This document shows positions 52,495 to 64,000 of a stretch of DNA of 64,000 nt, one piece after another; positions within the stretch are counted from its first letter, which is position 1; each line of letters begins with the position of its first letter. The stretch is from Octopus sinensis. Taxonomy: Eukaryota. A program made the position numbers and the translations under genes. The DNA lies in the NCBI RefSeq assembly GCF_006345805.1, contig NC_043015.1, positions 26,164,001-26,228,000 of the forward strand, read 5' to 3'. The notes under the pieces were generated by a model, which ran no database searches, was not told where the DNA came from, and saw only the letters and a program-made list of their open reading frames with translations.

Positions 52495-52914
52495 TGTAGA
52501 TGCAGGCATATCTGGGGACTGTTCACTAAAACAATTTTTTAACGTACGTTTTTCTTATCTTTTCAATTGTATCACATCTATTTAAATATCGACCTATCTC
52601 TTTCTATCGTAGATTCTCTCTCACCCTCTCCCTCTCCTCTCTCTCTCGTTTCCTCTCCTCTCCCTCTCCCGCTTCGCCCCTCTCTCTCTCTCTCTTCCGC
52701 TTCCTCTCCATCTCCCTTTCTCTCTCTCTCTCTCTCAGCTAATACACTCATCAAGCACACATAGCCATACATGGGGGTGCGTGCGCATGTAAGAGACAAG
52801 GAAATTTCGTGAGCGTGTGCCCGATCAACTAGGTATATATAAGTATGTATATATATGCGAAAGTGTTAATGTCATATTCATTTACATACAAAATAACGGT
52901 TTGAAATACTGACA

Positions 52915-53110
52915 GACGGCCACTGGTTTTACGGCAGGACATGAGTGCAATTCTTCGATCCTAATGGTCAACTGGGACTTACTTTGTAAAATCGGAAAAG
53001 ATGAAACGTTAAGTCGACTTCTGCGGAATTTGAACTGAGAATGTAAAGTCGCACGAAATGCTTCTGTACTTTTTACCTGACATGTTAACGATTCTGCCTC
53101 CTCGTCACCA
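52915..53110 (-). mobile_element. Degenerate SINE (39427 family)
   Basis: aagatgaaacgttaagtcgacttctgcggaatttgaactgagaatgtaaag...aacgattctgcc. Confidence 0.6.
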
Positions 53111-53186
53111 TTTCTATAGCAAATATTGAAAAAAAAAGAAACAACAACCCTGAAATCTATATACGATATATGTCGGCATTTGTGTT

Positions 53187-53249
<63 letters not shown>

Positions 53250-53292
53250 CACATATATATGTATATATATATATATATTATATATATATATA

Positions 53293-53659
53293 TTTCCGGG
53301 TTCAGTCCCACTGCGTGGCATCTTGGGCAAGTGTCTTTTGCTATAGCCCCGGTCCGACCAATGCCTTGTGAGTGGATTTGGTAGACGGAAACTGGAAGAA
53401 GCCTGTTGTATATATGTATATATATATGTGTGGGGGGGAGTTGTGTGTCTGTGTTTGTCCTCCTAGCATTGCTCGACAACCGATGCTGGTGTGTTTACGT
53501 CCCCGTCACTTAGCGGTTCGGCAAAAAGAGACCGATAGAATAAGTACTGGGCTTACAAAAACAATAAGTCCCAGGGTCGATTTGCTCGATTAAAGGCGGT
53601 GCTCCAGCATGGCCGCAGTCAAATGACTGAAACAAGTAAAAGAGTAAAAGAGTAAAGAG

Positions 53660-53660
<1 letters not shown>
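53293..53660 (+). mobile_element. tRNA-derived SINE (5'-truncated) with (GAGTAAAA)n tail
   Basis: B-box-like gggttcagtccc; core ttgggcaagtgtc; ggatttggtagacggaaactg; 3' ggcggtgctccagcatggccgcagtcaaatgactgaaacaagtaaaagagtaaaagag. Confidence 0.85.
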
Positions 53661-53732
<72 letters not shown>

Positions 53733-53742
53733 GTGTGTGTAT

Positions 53743-54007
53743 ATCGTGTAGTATATTTGTCACTTAAATGTGGCTAACCCTTAAGGATGGATGCTACTGT
53801 AGCTTGTAACCCCAGGAGGAAACCTGACATGATACACACGGACCTGAGTTTCTGGGTATTGAGCAGGATGGCTTCCCTTTGCAAATACTGATAGGGCACA
53901 GGTGTGTCAATAGCTAGCTCGAGGAGGTGTCCTCCTCGGGCTGCAAGCTACAGTAGCATACACCCTAAATGGTTAGCCACGTTTAAGTGGCAAATATACT
54001 TCACGAT
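53743..54007. repeat. Fold-back element: ~78-bp imperfect inverted arms, ~110-bp spacer (MITE-like)
   Basis: 53743-53820 versus 53930-54007; homologous sequence at 22790-22865. Confidence 0.75.
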
Positions 54008-54066
54008 GTCCTGCAGCTATTGTCTATACTTGCTCAGAGATTTATTATTGCTTACATATATATATA

Positions 54067-54119
<53 letters not shown>

Positions 54120-54122
54120 TAT

Positions 54123-54210
<88 letters not shown>

Positions 54211-54221
54211 AAAATATAAAT

Positions 54222-54405
54222 GTGCCCTTTTAAAGCCTAGCCAGACTCATGGGCCCGGTTTCCCGGTTTCAATGGCGTATGTTTTGCCCAGCTGGATGGG
54301 ACGTCAGTCCTTCGCAGCGTTACTCATTTTTGCAATCTGAGTGGAATGGAGCAATGTGAAATAAAGTGTTTTGCTCAAAGACACAACGCGTCGCCCGGTC
54401 CAGGA
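54222..54405 (-). mobile_element. SINE with MetaSINE-like core and a different 3' tail from the 8948 family
   Basis: tggagcaatgtgaaataaagtgttttgctcaaagacacaac core is shared with 10452-10492; the distal part differs. Confidence 0.65.
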
Positions 54406-54929
54406 TATTGCCCTGGACCGCCTCATGACCCTCACTTCGTAGCTTCGATTCTCAGATTGAATCATATATTTCGCTCTTGAACAATAACTTTCTAGTCACG
54501 TTGATCCTATCAATACGGTACAAAAGCAGTTCCGTTAACAAGTGGGGTTTAAACTTCGGCTAACTCGAGTCTAAATTGGATAATCACATATTTTTGGAAA
54601 ACATGGTAAGATACGAATTTACCGCCGGGCGATAACACGAACTTGTAAACTATAAAACTGTACATTTGAAAAAAATGGATGGGGTCATTAAATCTGAAAC
54701 ATTGTGATTCCATATATATATATATATATATACATGCATAGATATACATATATGTTGTAGACGATATATATAAATAAATACATATATATGTATATATAAT
54801 ATACGTGTATATACACATGTATACATACTCACACGCACACATATATAAATACATATATTTATCGAAATACATATATGCATACACATACACACACACACAT
54901 ACATATATGTATGTAAGTATAGTTAGGAG

Positions 54930-55090
54930 TTACATCAAAGAATATAAGACAGGTCAAGGGACAACAAGCAGGTGTATTAACTTAAAGCACGTGAAGAATG
55001 GAAAAGACTGACGTTTCGAGCCTAAGCTCTTCGACCGAAAAGTCTGGGAGGATACAAAATGGAAAGAGAAAAAGAAATGGGATTACCGGT
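54930..55090 (-). mobile_element. Penelope-like LTR relic with hammerhead-like motif
   Basis: Minus strand: GACT-tttcgg-TCGAAGA-GC-ttag-GCTC-GAAA-CGTC-AGTC. Confidence 0.5.
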
Positions 55091-55286
55091 TCAACGTAAG
55101 ATACATATACAGGTATTTGCGTACATACGTGTATATAGAAAGAAGCAGACACACAGCTGCCAGCTAATGTTGTCATTTAAGTAATACCTCCGCTTTTGTG
55201 ATCTAATTTTCAAATTGGATTCGAAAGAAAGGTTATTAGCACTGCTGTGCCTTAGCGAATACCATGTAACGAATACCATACATACA

Positions 55287-55381
<95 letters not shown>

Positions 55382-55541
55382 ATATATATATACATATATA
55401 TAATTGAATATGTATATGTATATATAAATATAAATATAATACATACATATAATATATATACATATATGCATCTATCTATCTATCTATATATATATATATA
55501 TACACACAAACACAAACACACACACACACACACACACACAC

Positions 55542-55612
<71 letters not shown>

Positions 55613-55631
55613 TCATATGTATATATAGTAC

Positions 55632-55972
55632 AAGGAAAAGAAAAAATATAAGCGTAGACGATCTTTTAATCCAATGTTAGTACAAATCCAATTGTAGACA
55701 TTGTTTCCAAGCCTAATTAATTTCAAAACCAATTAAATTGTTTGGTCCTGTCTGGGCTATTAAAAGTCTTTATATTTTGGGGGTTGGTCGAACCTATTCA
55801 TTCCAATAATGAATTCCTGAAGAAGGGCTTAATTTTGATTTCAAACGGATTATTTTCTTCCGGTTTGTTCTTGGAATAGATTCGGCTTGGAAACAATTTA
55901 TAGAATCTGTATTAGATTTGTACCAACGTTGGATTAAAAGATCTTCTACGCCTATATTTTTTCCTCTCCTTA
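55632..55972. mobile_element. Penelope-like inverted pseudo-LTR relic with hammerhead motif
   Basis: 55632-55713 is an imperfect reverse complement of 55884-55972; plus strand CTGAAGAAG (55817)...GAAAC; the inverted copy keeps GAAACAATGTC. Confidence 0.55.
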
Positions 55973-56145
55973 TAATTTATTTAATGATTATACGAATACT
56001 GAATATATAGTTTTTTTATATTCTTTGTTTGGATTGAATCAGCGAACTTGGATGTTTAATATTCCTTTGAAGGATTTTGGTCCTTACTTCTCTCCTTGTT
56101 TGCCCCCTCTATGTTTAGCCCCCAGTTGGCAATAAAGAAATATTA

Positions 56146-56490
56146 GGCGCAGGCGTGGCTGTGTGAGGAGAAGCTTGCCTCCTAACCACATGGTTCCAGG
56201 TTCAGTCCTACTGTGTGTCACGTTGGGCAAATTTCTTCCACTATAGCATCGGGCCGACCAAACACTTGTCCATGTATTTGGTAGGCGGAAACTGAGAGAA
56301 ACCCGTCGTATATATACATGTAATGCATGTGTGTGTTTGCGTGTGTTTCTGTGTTTTTCTTGCGCTATCGCTTGACAACCGATGCTAGTGTGTTTATGTC
56401 ACAATACCTTAGCGGGTCAGCAAAAAAGACGATAGAATAAAATAATAGATGCTAGACTTAGAAAGAAAGGTCTGATCCGGCGGTCAAATG

Positions 56491-56492
<2 letters not shown>
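56146..56492 (+). mobile_element. tRNA-derived SINE, near full length
   Basis: Head ggcgcaggcgtggctgtgtgaggagaagc, B-box-like aggttcagtcct, body collinear with the 53293 copy. Confidence 0.8.
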
Positions 56493-56561
<69 letters not shown>

Positions 56562-56568
<7 letters not shown>

Positions 56569-56980
56569 ATTTAGGAATGGTCATTTTGCCAGTCTAGCCA
56601 ATAAAAATACACGCACTGTATATTTGCTGTCAATTTGCTTCAGCGTTATTCATTTTTTACATTAATCTTAATCTTATTTCGGCCAGAGTTCTTTCGTCAC
56701 ACTCCTGTGACCTCATCAGTCAACAACATAGAAGTTAAAATCTTTTCCACACATAGAACAGACGCAACAATCAGACAAATTACGGAAGCTACATACATAA
56801 TAGAAGATAAACATAGCATGAATAAAAAACTGGAATGGAACAGTAGCACACACCACAGCATATGAGAGAACAAGATCCCCATAAACTGGTAACAATATAA
56901 ACAAAACTAAAAACATAATAATAAAATACACAGATAAATAAACAACTGGAAGTAAATAACTACATACCTTAAAAATAATA
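56562..56980 (+). mobile_element. 5'-truncated Penelope-like element: inverted pseudo-LTR plus GIY-YIG endonuclease C-terminus
   Basis: From ~56722 it encodes NNIEVKIFSTHRTDATIRQITEATYII..MNKKLEWN, like the PLE GIY-YIG tail (R..EA.YI..MN). The upstream segment carries a hammerhead on the opposite strand. Confidence 0.7.
56686..56719 (-). ncRNA. Minimal type-I hammerhead ribozyme core
   Basis: Minus strand: CTGATGA-G-GTCACA-ggag-TGTGAC-GAAA-GAAC-TC. Catalytic core intact, 6-bp stem II, minimal stem III; the stem I 5' strand is replaced at the inversion junction. Confidence 0.75.
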
Positions 56981-56982
56981 TT

Positions 56983-57013
56983 AATAATAATAATAGTAAT
57001 AATAATAATAATG

Positions 57014-57090
<77 letters not shown>
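56983..57090. repeat. (AAT)n microsatellite, target of the Dong-like LINEs
   Basis: Direct reading. Further tracts at 57330-57353 and 61358-61460 separate the LINE copies. Confidence 0.95.
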
Positions 57091-57091
<1 letters not shown>

Positions 57092-57330
57092 GTAGGTGCA
57101 TTAGGCATGATAAAAAAATATTCAGACAAATACATAACAAAAACACCAGGACTTACAAACACATATAACATACAGAAAATTGCACTACTAGGCACAGCAC
57201 ACATCCTACGCAGAACACTTTCCATACAATAACCATCAGAGCATCACAACAAATCACAGCACATACCCAAGGCACACAGAGCTGCGCTCGGTAGTGAAGT
57301 GAAAGCACGCTATAAAAATAAAACTACTGA
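57088..57330 (+). mobile_element. R4/Dong-like LINE, severely 5'-truncated copy
   Basis: Nearly identical to 61118-61358; flanked by (AAT)n on both sides. Confidence 0.9.
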
Positions 57331-57353
57331 ATAATAATAATAATAATAATAAT

Positions 57354-57447
57354 AGAACACAGGGGGACGTTTAAGAAGAACACCGGGGGACGTTTAAGAG
57401 AGAACACCGGGGGACGTTTAAGAGAGAACACCGGGGGAAGTTTAAGA
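57354..57447 (+). repeat. Four 23-24-bp tandem repeats at the LINE 5' terminus
   Basis: agaacacMgggggacgtttaaga(g) x4. Confidence 0.9.
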
Positions 57448-57640
57448 TGTAAGAAGGAAAATACAGAGCTCCGAAATCTATCCACAAACATCGAAAACAA
57501 GGACATCCTAAAGTTTTACTAACAAAGAATTGGACTGTATCCGAGTAAGTAATACTAATTGAAATTTATTACTATTTTCGAAACGAAATGATGTATTTTG
57601 ACTCGATATCATCTCCACCTCTAACACAACACATGTAAAC

Positions 57641-60600
57641 ATGCGTGGAACATCACGATCATCCCCGACCCCAAACACCATGTACAAAGGAACTACGAAG
57701 AAATTAAATGCCACCGATACTATTCAACCCAAGAATAACAATCAAGCGGTACGTACATTAAACTTACAACAAAAAATGTACGAAAAACTACACGTGCGAA
57801 ATAATATGACAACAGAAATAAACGGACCGGTACCCTACGAAAATGACGACCGTCAAAATAATGGGCCGGACGTTGTACCTCATGTCCCGCAAATAAAACC
57901 CAAAAGACGTAAATGGACACGTGAGGAATACATTTCTATCTTACACGCATACTTCACAGCAATGCTCTACACAAAAAATGAAAATACAACAACACATACA
58001 TATAAAATATGGAAGGAAAATAATAGAGATATAGACTTGGATACAGCAATGAACCCTAATAAATTAGCTAACGTACGAAGATACATTCTCAACACAAAAA
58101 AAATATCAGAAATAGAAATAGAACATCTAAAAGAAAAAATACACCAGGAAAATGTAGATAGAAGCCACACAACAATGCCCAATAATATAAACACTGAAAC
58201 TGTAAAACACGAAGACAAACGCAACATTCCCAACAAACACGATGTAAACAACGAAATGATTATGATAATATAAAAAATAAAATAATCAAAGAACTGAAAA
58301 CCACAGAGCTCAAAATGGACCACCGACCATAACTCCCAAGAATCAAAATAAACGAAATAACAACACCAATTATAAACAGCATAAGCTTAGCCGTCACTGA
58401 ACTAATAGCCACTGAAACAAGAAAAAATTGTTATCACTGAGCTAAATGACTTAATATACGCAGCAGCCACTGCAGCCACAAAAGAAGCTGGATACTCACC
58501 CAAACCCGCCCAAACAGGAGTACCACCACCACCACCCAAAGAAACCCTGTGGATAAATAACATCCAAAACAAAATAAAAAAAATTAGAAAAGACCTGTCG
58601 ATTCTTAATGAAATCAGCAAACAATCAACGCTACTGAGCAACAAAAAGAGAACAAAAATACTCCGCAAATATAACATCACAGAGAAAGACTTGCCTGAGA
58701 TAAAAGAAAAGCTGAAGCAAGATATCCTTGCCAAAGCACAAAGGATCCGCCGGTACGAGAAACGCCAACGCTTCTTTGAACAAAACAAGAAGTTCAACTC
58801 CAACCCCAAAAAGTTCTACCAAGAACTGGGCAAAAATAAAATAGAAGTCACTGCAGCACCAACGGCAGAAGAATTGGAAGAATTCTGGAGAGAAATATGG
58901 TCGGCGAACGAACAGCGAAAAAAAAGGAGTATCAAAATAACAAACTCGGCATCTGAACAACTTTGGACACCCATAACAACTGAAGAGGTCACCCAGGCAC
59001 TGCAAAGACTAAGCAACTGGAAGGCACCTGGGCATGACAAGATCCCCAACTTCTGCTTGAAATATCTAACAGGAATGCACAAAAAGCTGCCTGAAAATTT
59101 TAACAACATACTAGCAGAGCCAGAGACAATGCCTGAATGGCTCACGAAGGGGAAAACCATCTTAATTCCCAAATCAAATGAAACAGTAAAACCAGAAAAC
59201 TACAGACCAATAACCTGCCTCCCTACTATGTTCAAGGCATTTACTGCAGTGATATCGCAAAGGCTGAACAAGCACCTGGACGAAAACAAACTGTTCCCAG
59301 AAGAGCAGAAAGGATGCCGCAAAGGCTCATATGGCTGTAAAGATCAACTAATGATTAATAAAGCCATAACTGAAAACAGCCACAGAAAGAAGAAAGGTCT
59401 CAGTATGGCCTGGATTGACTACAAAAAGGCGTTTGATAGCATCCCCCACACATGGATCCTCGAAACACTAGCCATTAACAAAGTAGCACCAACAATCATA
59501 AAATTCATAGAGCACTCTATGAATAAATGGCAAACAGTCCTACACCTCCAAACAAAAGAGGGACTCATGAAAACCAAAGACATCCCCATTAGAAGAGGAA
59601 TATTCCAGGGAGACACACTCTCTCCACTCCTTTTCTGCTTGGCACTGTCACCTCTATCTGATATACTAAATAGAACTGGATGCGGATATAAATGTTACGG
59701 CAAAACGATCAGCCACCTTTTATATATGGATGACCTAAAACTATACGCTGCAAATGACAAACAGCTGGAAACACTATTAAAGACAGTTCATGGATTTACC
59801 AAAGAAATAGATATGAAATTTGGATTAGAAAAATGCGCCAAAGTAACCATGAAAAGAGGAAAACTAGTTAAGAGTAACAACATCACGCTAGATAAAACCA
59901 ATGAAATAAAAGAATTAGACCAAAGCCAAACTTACTAATACTTAGGAATCCATGAACTAGATAAGACACAACACACACAAATGAAAGAGAAAATAAAAAA
60001 TAATATTATAGACGAGTTAGATCAATACTAAAAACAGAGCTCAATGCTAAAAACAAGATAATAGGTATCAACACTTTAGCTGTCCCAGTTATAAGTTACA
60101 GCTACAATATCCTTAACTTGACACGAAATGAACTGACCAAAATAGATAGGAGAACAAGAAAAATAATGACAGGATCTAGGATGCATCATCCAAAATCTGA
60201 CATAGAAAGACTATATATACAACGTATAGAAGGTGGTAGAGGACTTATATAGCTGGAAAACTACTATAAAATAACCACCATAGGACTGCAAAAATATCTA
60301 CTTCAGAAGGAAGGAAAACTGATCCAGATAGCGGCAAAACACGAGCAAAACAAAAAACTGTTCTCAGTATTTAAGGAAGCTGACAAATACAAACAAGAAA
60401 TCATACCACCCAATAAAGATGAAGAAGAAGAAGAAGATGAAGAAACAACAAAAGCTATAAAACAAATTAAATCCAAACTAAAAATAGAACAGCAACGAAC
60501 CATGATAAAACGATGGCAAGAAAAGCCCCTTCATGGTAAATACTGCACTAAACTAACCGCAAAAGAAATAGACAAAGAAAAATCCCAGCAATGGTTGAGA

Positions 60601-61260
60601 AGCTCAGGACTCAAAGCAGTAACAGAGGGATTTTTAATTGCAGCACAAGACCAAAGCATACCCACCAGAAATTACCAAAAATATGTAATGAAAAGAAATA
60701 TTACAAGATGGACAAGAAACAATAAATCATATTATCTCTAGCTGCCCAGTCCTGGCTAAGAAGGAATATATTCAGAGACATGACAGAGTTGGAACCTACA
60801 TACATTGGAAGCTATGCCAACATTATGGAATAACAACAGAAAAAAGATGGTATAGGCACACACTAGAAAAGGTCACAGAAAACGAGAAAGCAACCATACT
60901 CTGGGATATGCCGATACACGCAGATAGAGAAATTAAGGCCAACAGACCAGATATAGTTGTCAGAGATCATGAAGAAAAAAGTTGCTTTCTAATTGATGTA
61001 TCAATACCGGCAGATAACAACGTGCCTCTAAAAGAAATGGAGAAACTCTCAAAATACAAAGATCTGGAAATAGAGGTAACTAGAATGTGGAATCTGAAAA
61101 CAGAAACAATTCCTATCATAGTAGGTGCATTAGGCATGATAAAAAAATATTCAGACAAATACATAACAAAACACCAGGACTTACAAACACATATAACATA
61201 CAGAAAATTGCACTACTAGGCACTGCACACATCCTACGCAGAACACTTTCTATACAATAA
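57641..61260 (+). pseudogene. R4/Dong ORF: Myb-like N-terminus, RT and restriction-like endonuclease; disrupted
   Basis: RRKWTREE, WKAPGHD, NYRPITCL, WIDYKKAFDS, GIFQGDTLSP, YMDD, HPKSD..GGRGL, RHD, RPD..IDVSIP..KE.EKLSKY. Several stops and frameshifts. Confidence 0.92.
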
Positions 61261-61373
61261 CCATCAGAGCATCACAACAAATCACAGCACATACCCAAGG
61301 CACACAGAGCTGCGCTCGGCAGTGAAGTAAAAGCACGCTATAAAAATAAAACTACTGAATAATAATAATAATA

Positions 61374-61460
<87 letters not shown>

Positions 61461-61461
<1 letters not shown>

Positions 61462-64000
61462 GAAGTTCTAGAGGCCTTCTACCATGCCATATATTTCCCC
61501 AAAGATAAATCTAGCACTGTACAAACATACTTAAACTGGAGACAGAAACACCTTGAAGTAAGACCCTACATAGACAGTAACAAACTTGCCAACGTCAGAA
61601 GAAACATTATAAAAAAAAAATTACTGACTGAAGTAGAGATTGATCAAGTTAGACAAGCAATATCGGATAAAATGAACGAAGCTGCAGCTATAGAAGATAA
61701 TACAGAGGAAATAATTATAGACCAGCCCAGGGCTGATAAAAACGAAGTGAGGATTGAAAGAGTTAGTATAAGTGATAGGCAAAGTGAAATACTCCCAGAA
61801 CCAATCATAAACACTATGACAGATGAGCATCAAATAGATAAAGGAAGTCAGACAAATATTGACCCAACAGAACTACATGAGCTAAAAAATCAAATCATGA
61901 TTGAATGGCTGAAAATTAAAGAAACCAGCATGGATGAACGTGATACACTTCCTAAAATCCTTAACTCTAACCAAAACATGAAAATAGTTGGTAAAATCCG
62001 GCTTGCACTTAAGGATAAAATTTCAGCTAATGATGTTGATATCACAAATCTCAACCACCTACACTATGCATCCGCGAAAATCTCAACGTTCCTATGTGCT
62101 GAAAAGATTAGAAAATGGCAACATTCCCACAAAAAGCCTTCTTGGCAAGAGCCTTTGCAACAACAAATTAAACTATTTAGATCTGACATTGAATATTTGA
62201 AGAACCTTAAGGTTCACAAGACCACCAAACCTACAAAAACCCCAAAATTACTGAAAACATACAATATGAAAACTATACTTGATATTGATGCCACCATAGA
62301 AACCATCAAACAAAAAGTATCTGCCAAAGCTGCCCGCATAGCGAGGTATGAAAAGCGTGTTAGATTTTTCAAGGACAACAACATGTTCATAAATAACCCC
62401 AAGAATTTTTACAGGAAGATAGGAAAAACAGCGTTTACTGCAAGGTCTGTACCATCAAAAGAAGAAGTGCAGGGATTTTGGAATAAAATCTGGGCAGAAG
62501 AAAAAACACACAACGAAAAGGCCCCCTGGTTGATAGAATATCTACACAACAGGACTCCTTAGAAGAGCAAAAGGGTGTCAAGGTAGAAGATATAAGATCT
62601 GCTCTCAGGAGGTCAAGCAAATGGAAGTCTCCAGAAAGGTATAAAATTCCTAACTTCTGGCTGAATGCCTTCCCAGAGAGCCATGAACTGCTAACAGAAC
62701 TTTACAATGATGATTTGCAACACCCTAGTAGGATGCCTCCCTGGTTAGTTAATGGGTTAACATTCCTGCTTCCAAAAAGTGAAAAAACAAATGAACCAAA
62801 AAACTATAGACCCATAACCTGCTTAACAACTATGTATAAAACGCTAACATCTGTCCTGACGGAATATACCTATAGTTTTTTAACAGACAGCAGCATATTC
62901 CCTAATGAACAGAAAGGATGTAAACGTGGATCCTATGGTTGTAAAGATCAACTACTCATCAATAAGATGATCTTAGAAGATTGTCACAAACGACACAAAA
63001 ACTTGTCAATAGCCTGGATAGACTGCGAAACTTTTTGTCTGTAAGTATGAGATCATGGAGAACCACACTAACTTTGAACAATGACAATGAATCTCTAAAT
63101 GCTGGTGATATAAAAATTTCATGTGGCATTTTCCAGGGTGACTCACTGTCACCACTCCTCTTTTGTTTAGCCTTAATACCTCTCTCAAAATTGCTCAATG
63201 ACGCGCAGTACGGGTATAAAATGTTTGATAAAAATATAAATCATCTCATTTACATGGATGATTTAAAGCTCTTTGCAAAAAATAACCAACAACTCAAGGG
63301 CTTACTAGCAATTGTTACACAATTCAGTGACAACATGAGAATGCAATTCGGCCTCGATAAATGTGCAAAAGCTACTTTTATCAAAGGAAAAATGACAGAA
63401 ACATCTAACTTTAACCTTGACCAGCAGAATGTCATAAAAGAACTAGACCCAGCGGAGAGTTACAAGTACCTAGGGGTAATTGACGGGAACGGAATAAGGC
63501 ATTCAGTAATGAAGGAAAGGTTCAGGTGAGAATGTTATCGCAGAATAAGAGCAATACTCAAGACAGAGCTGAATGCAAGAAACAGAATCGAAGCGATCAA
63601 TACATTAGCCATACCAGTCGTGATTTACAGTTTCAATATCGTTAACTGGTCAATTACTGAAATATGTCAGCTCGACAGATAAATAAGAAAACTGTTGACA
63701 ATGCATAGAATGCACCACCCTAAGGCAGATACAGAACGACTTCATCTGCCAAGAAAAGAGGGAGGGCGTGGTCTTCTACAACTGGCAATAACAATGAAGA
63801 TTGCTACAATTGGCCTAGACACCTACCTGAAAAAGTCTGAGGACTGGATGTTAAAACTTGTCTCAAAACATGAAAACAAGAAAGCATCATACTCAGTAGC
63901 AAAATAGGCAAAAGAAATATCTAAGTGAATTCCGAATACAACAAATTTCGGAATTAGACATACAAGAAACAAGCTAAGCGCATGAAAACCCGTGCTAAAA
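61461..64000 (+). mobile_element. Second, divergent R4/Dong-like family copy; 5'-truncated, decayed, running off the window
   Basis: Begins directly after (AAT)n; NKLANVRR, RYEKR..F..NPKNFY, NYRPITCL, GIFQGDSLSP, YMDD, HHPKAD..GGRGL. Deletion after WID (~63025). Confidence 0.9.

Larger units (their letters stand above)
57354..61358 (+). mobile_element. Full-length R4-clade (Dong-like) non-LTR retrotransposon in (AAT)n
   Basis: 5' UTR with tandem repeats, single ORF with RT and C-terminal REL endonuclease, 3' UTR ending aaactactga, followed by (AAT)n. Confidence 0.9.

Noticed and set aside
57354-57447. CRISPR-like repeat array
   Set aside because: Repeats are contiguous without unique spacers, the context is eukaryotic and there are no cas genes.

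Overview
AT-rich, microsatellite-saturated animal genomic DNA. The SINE, Penelope and LINE repertoire looks like an octopod cephalopod (inference from recalled repeat families, not a database hit). No host protein-coding exon could be supported; the many [16 protein letters not shown] ORFs are translated microsatellites. The window is a transposon graveyard. It holds a full-length but decayed Helitron (12944-18918) next to a head-to-tail stack of three non-autonomous Helitrons, a near full-length Tx1-clade LINE (~23.3-28.5 kb) plus two other Tx1 relics, and an internally deleted Chapaev3 element with intact termini and a TAA TSD. It also holds a mariner relic, an RTE 3' end, a head-to-head pair of nearly identical CR1 3' ends forming a ~1.3-kb palindrome, a tandem train of three R4/Dong-like LINEs in (AAT)n, and about 11 tRNA-derived SINEs. 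Many Penelope-like pseudo-LTR relics carry hammerhead-ribozyme motifs. The most unusual patterns are the CR1 palindrome, the chimeric Helitron stack, and Penelope inversion junctions that repeatedly fall in or beside the hammerhead core.
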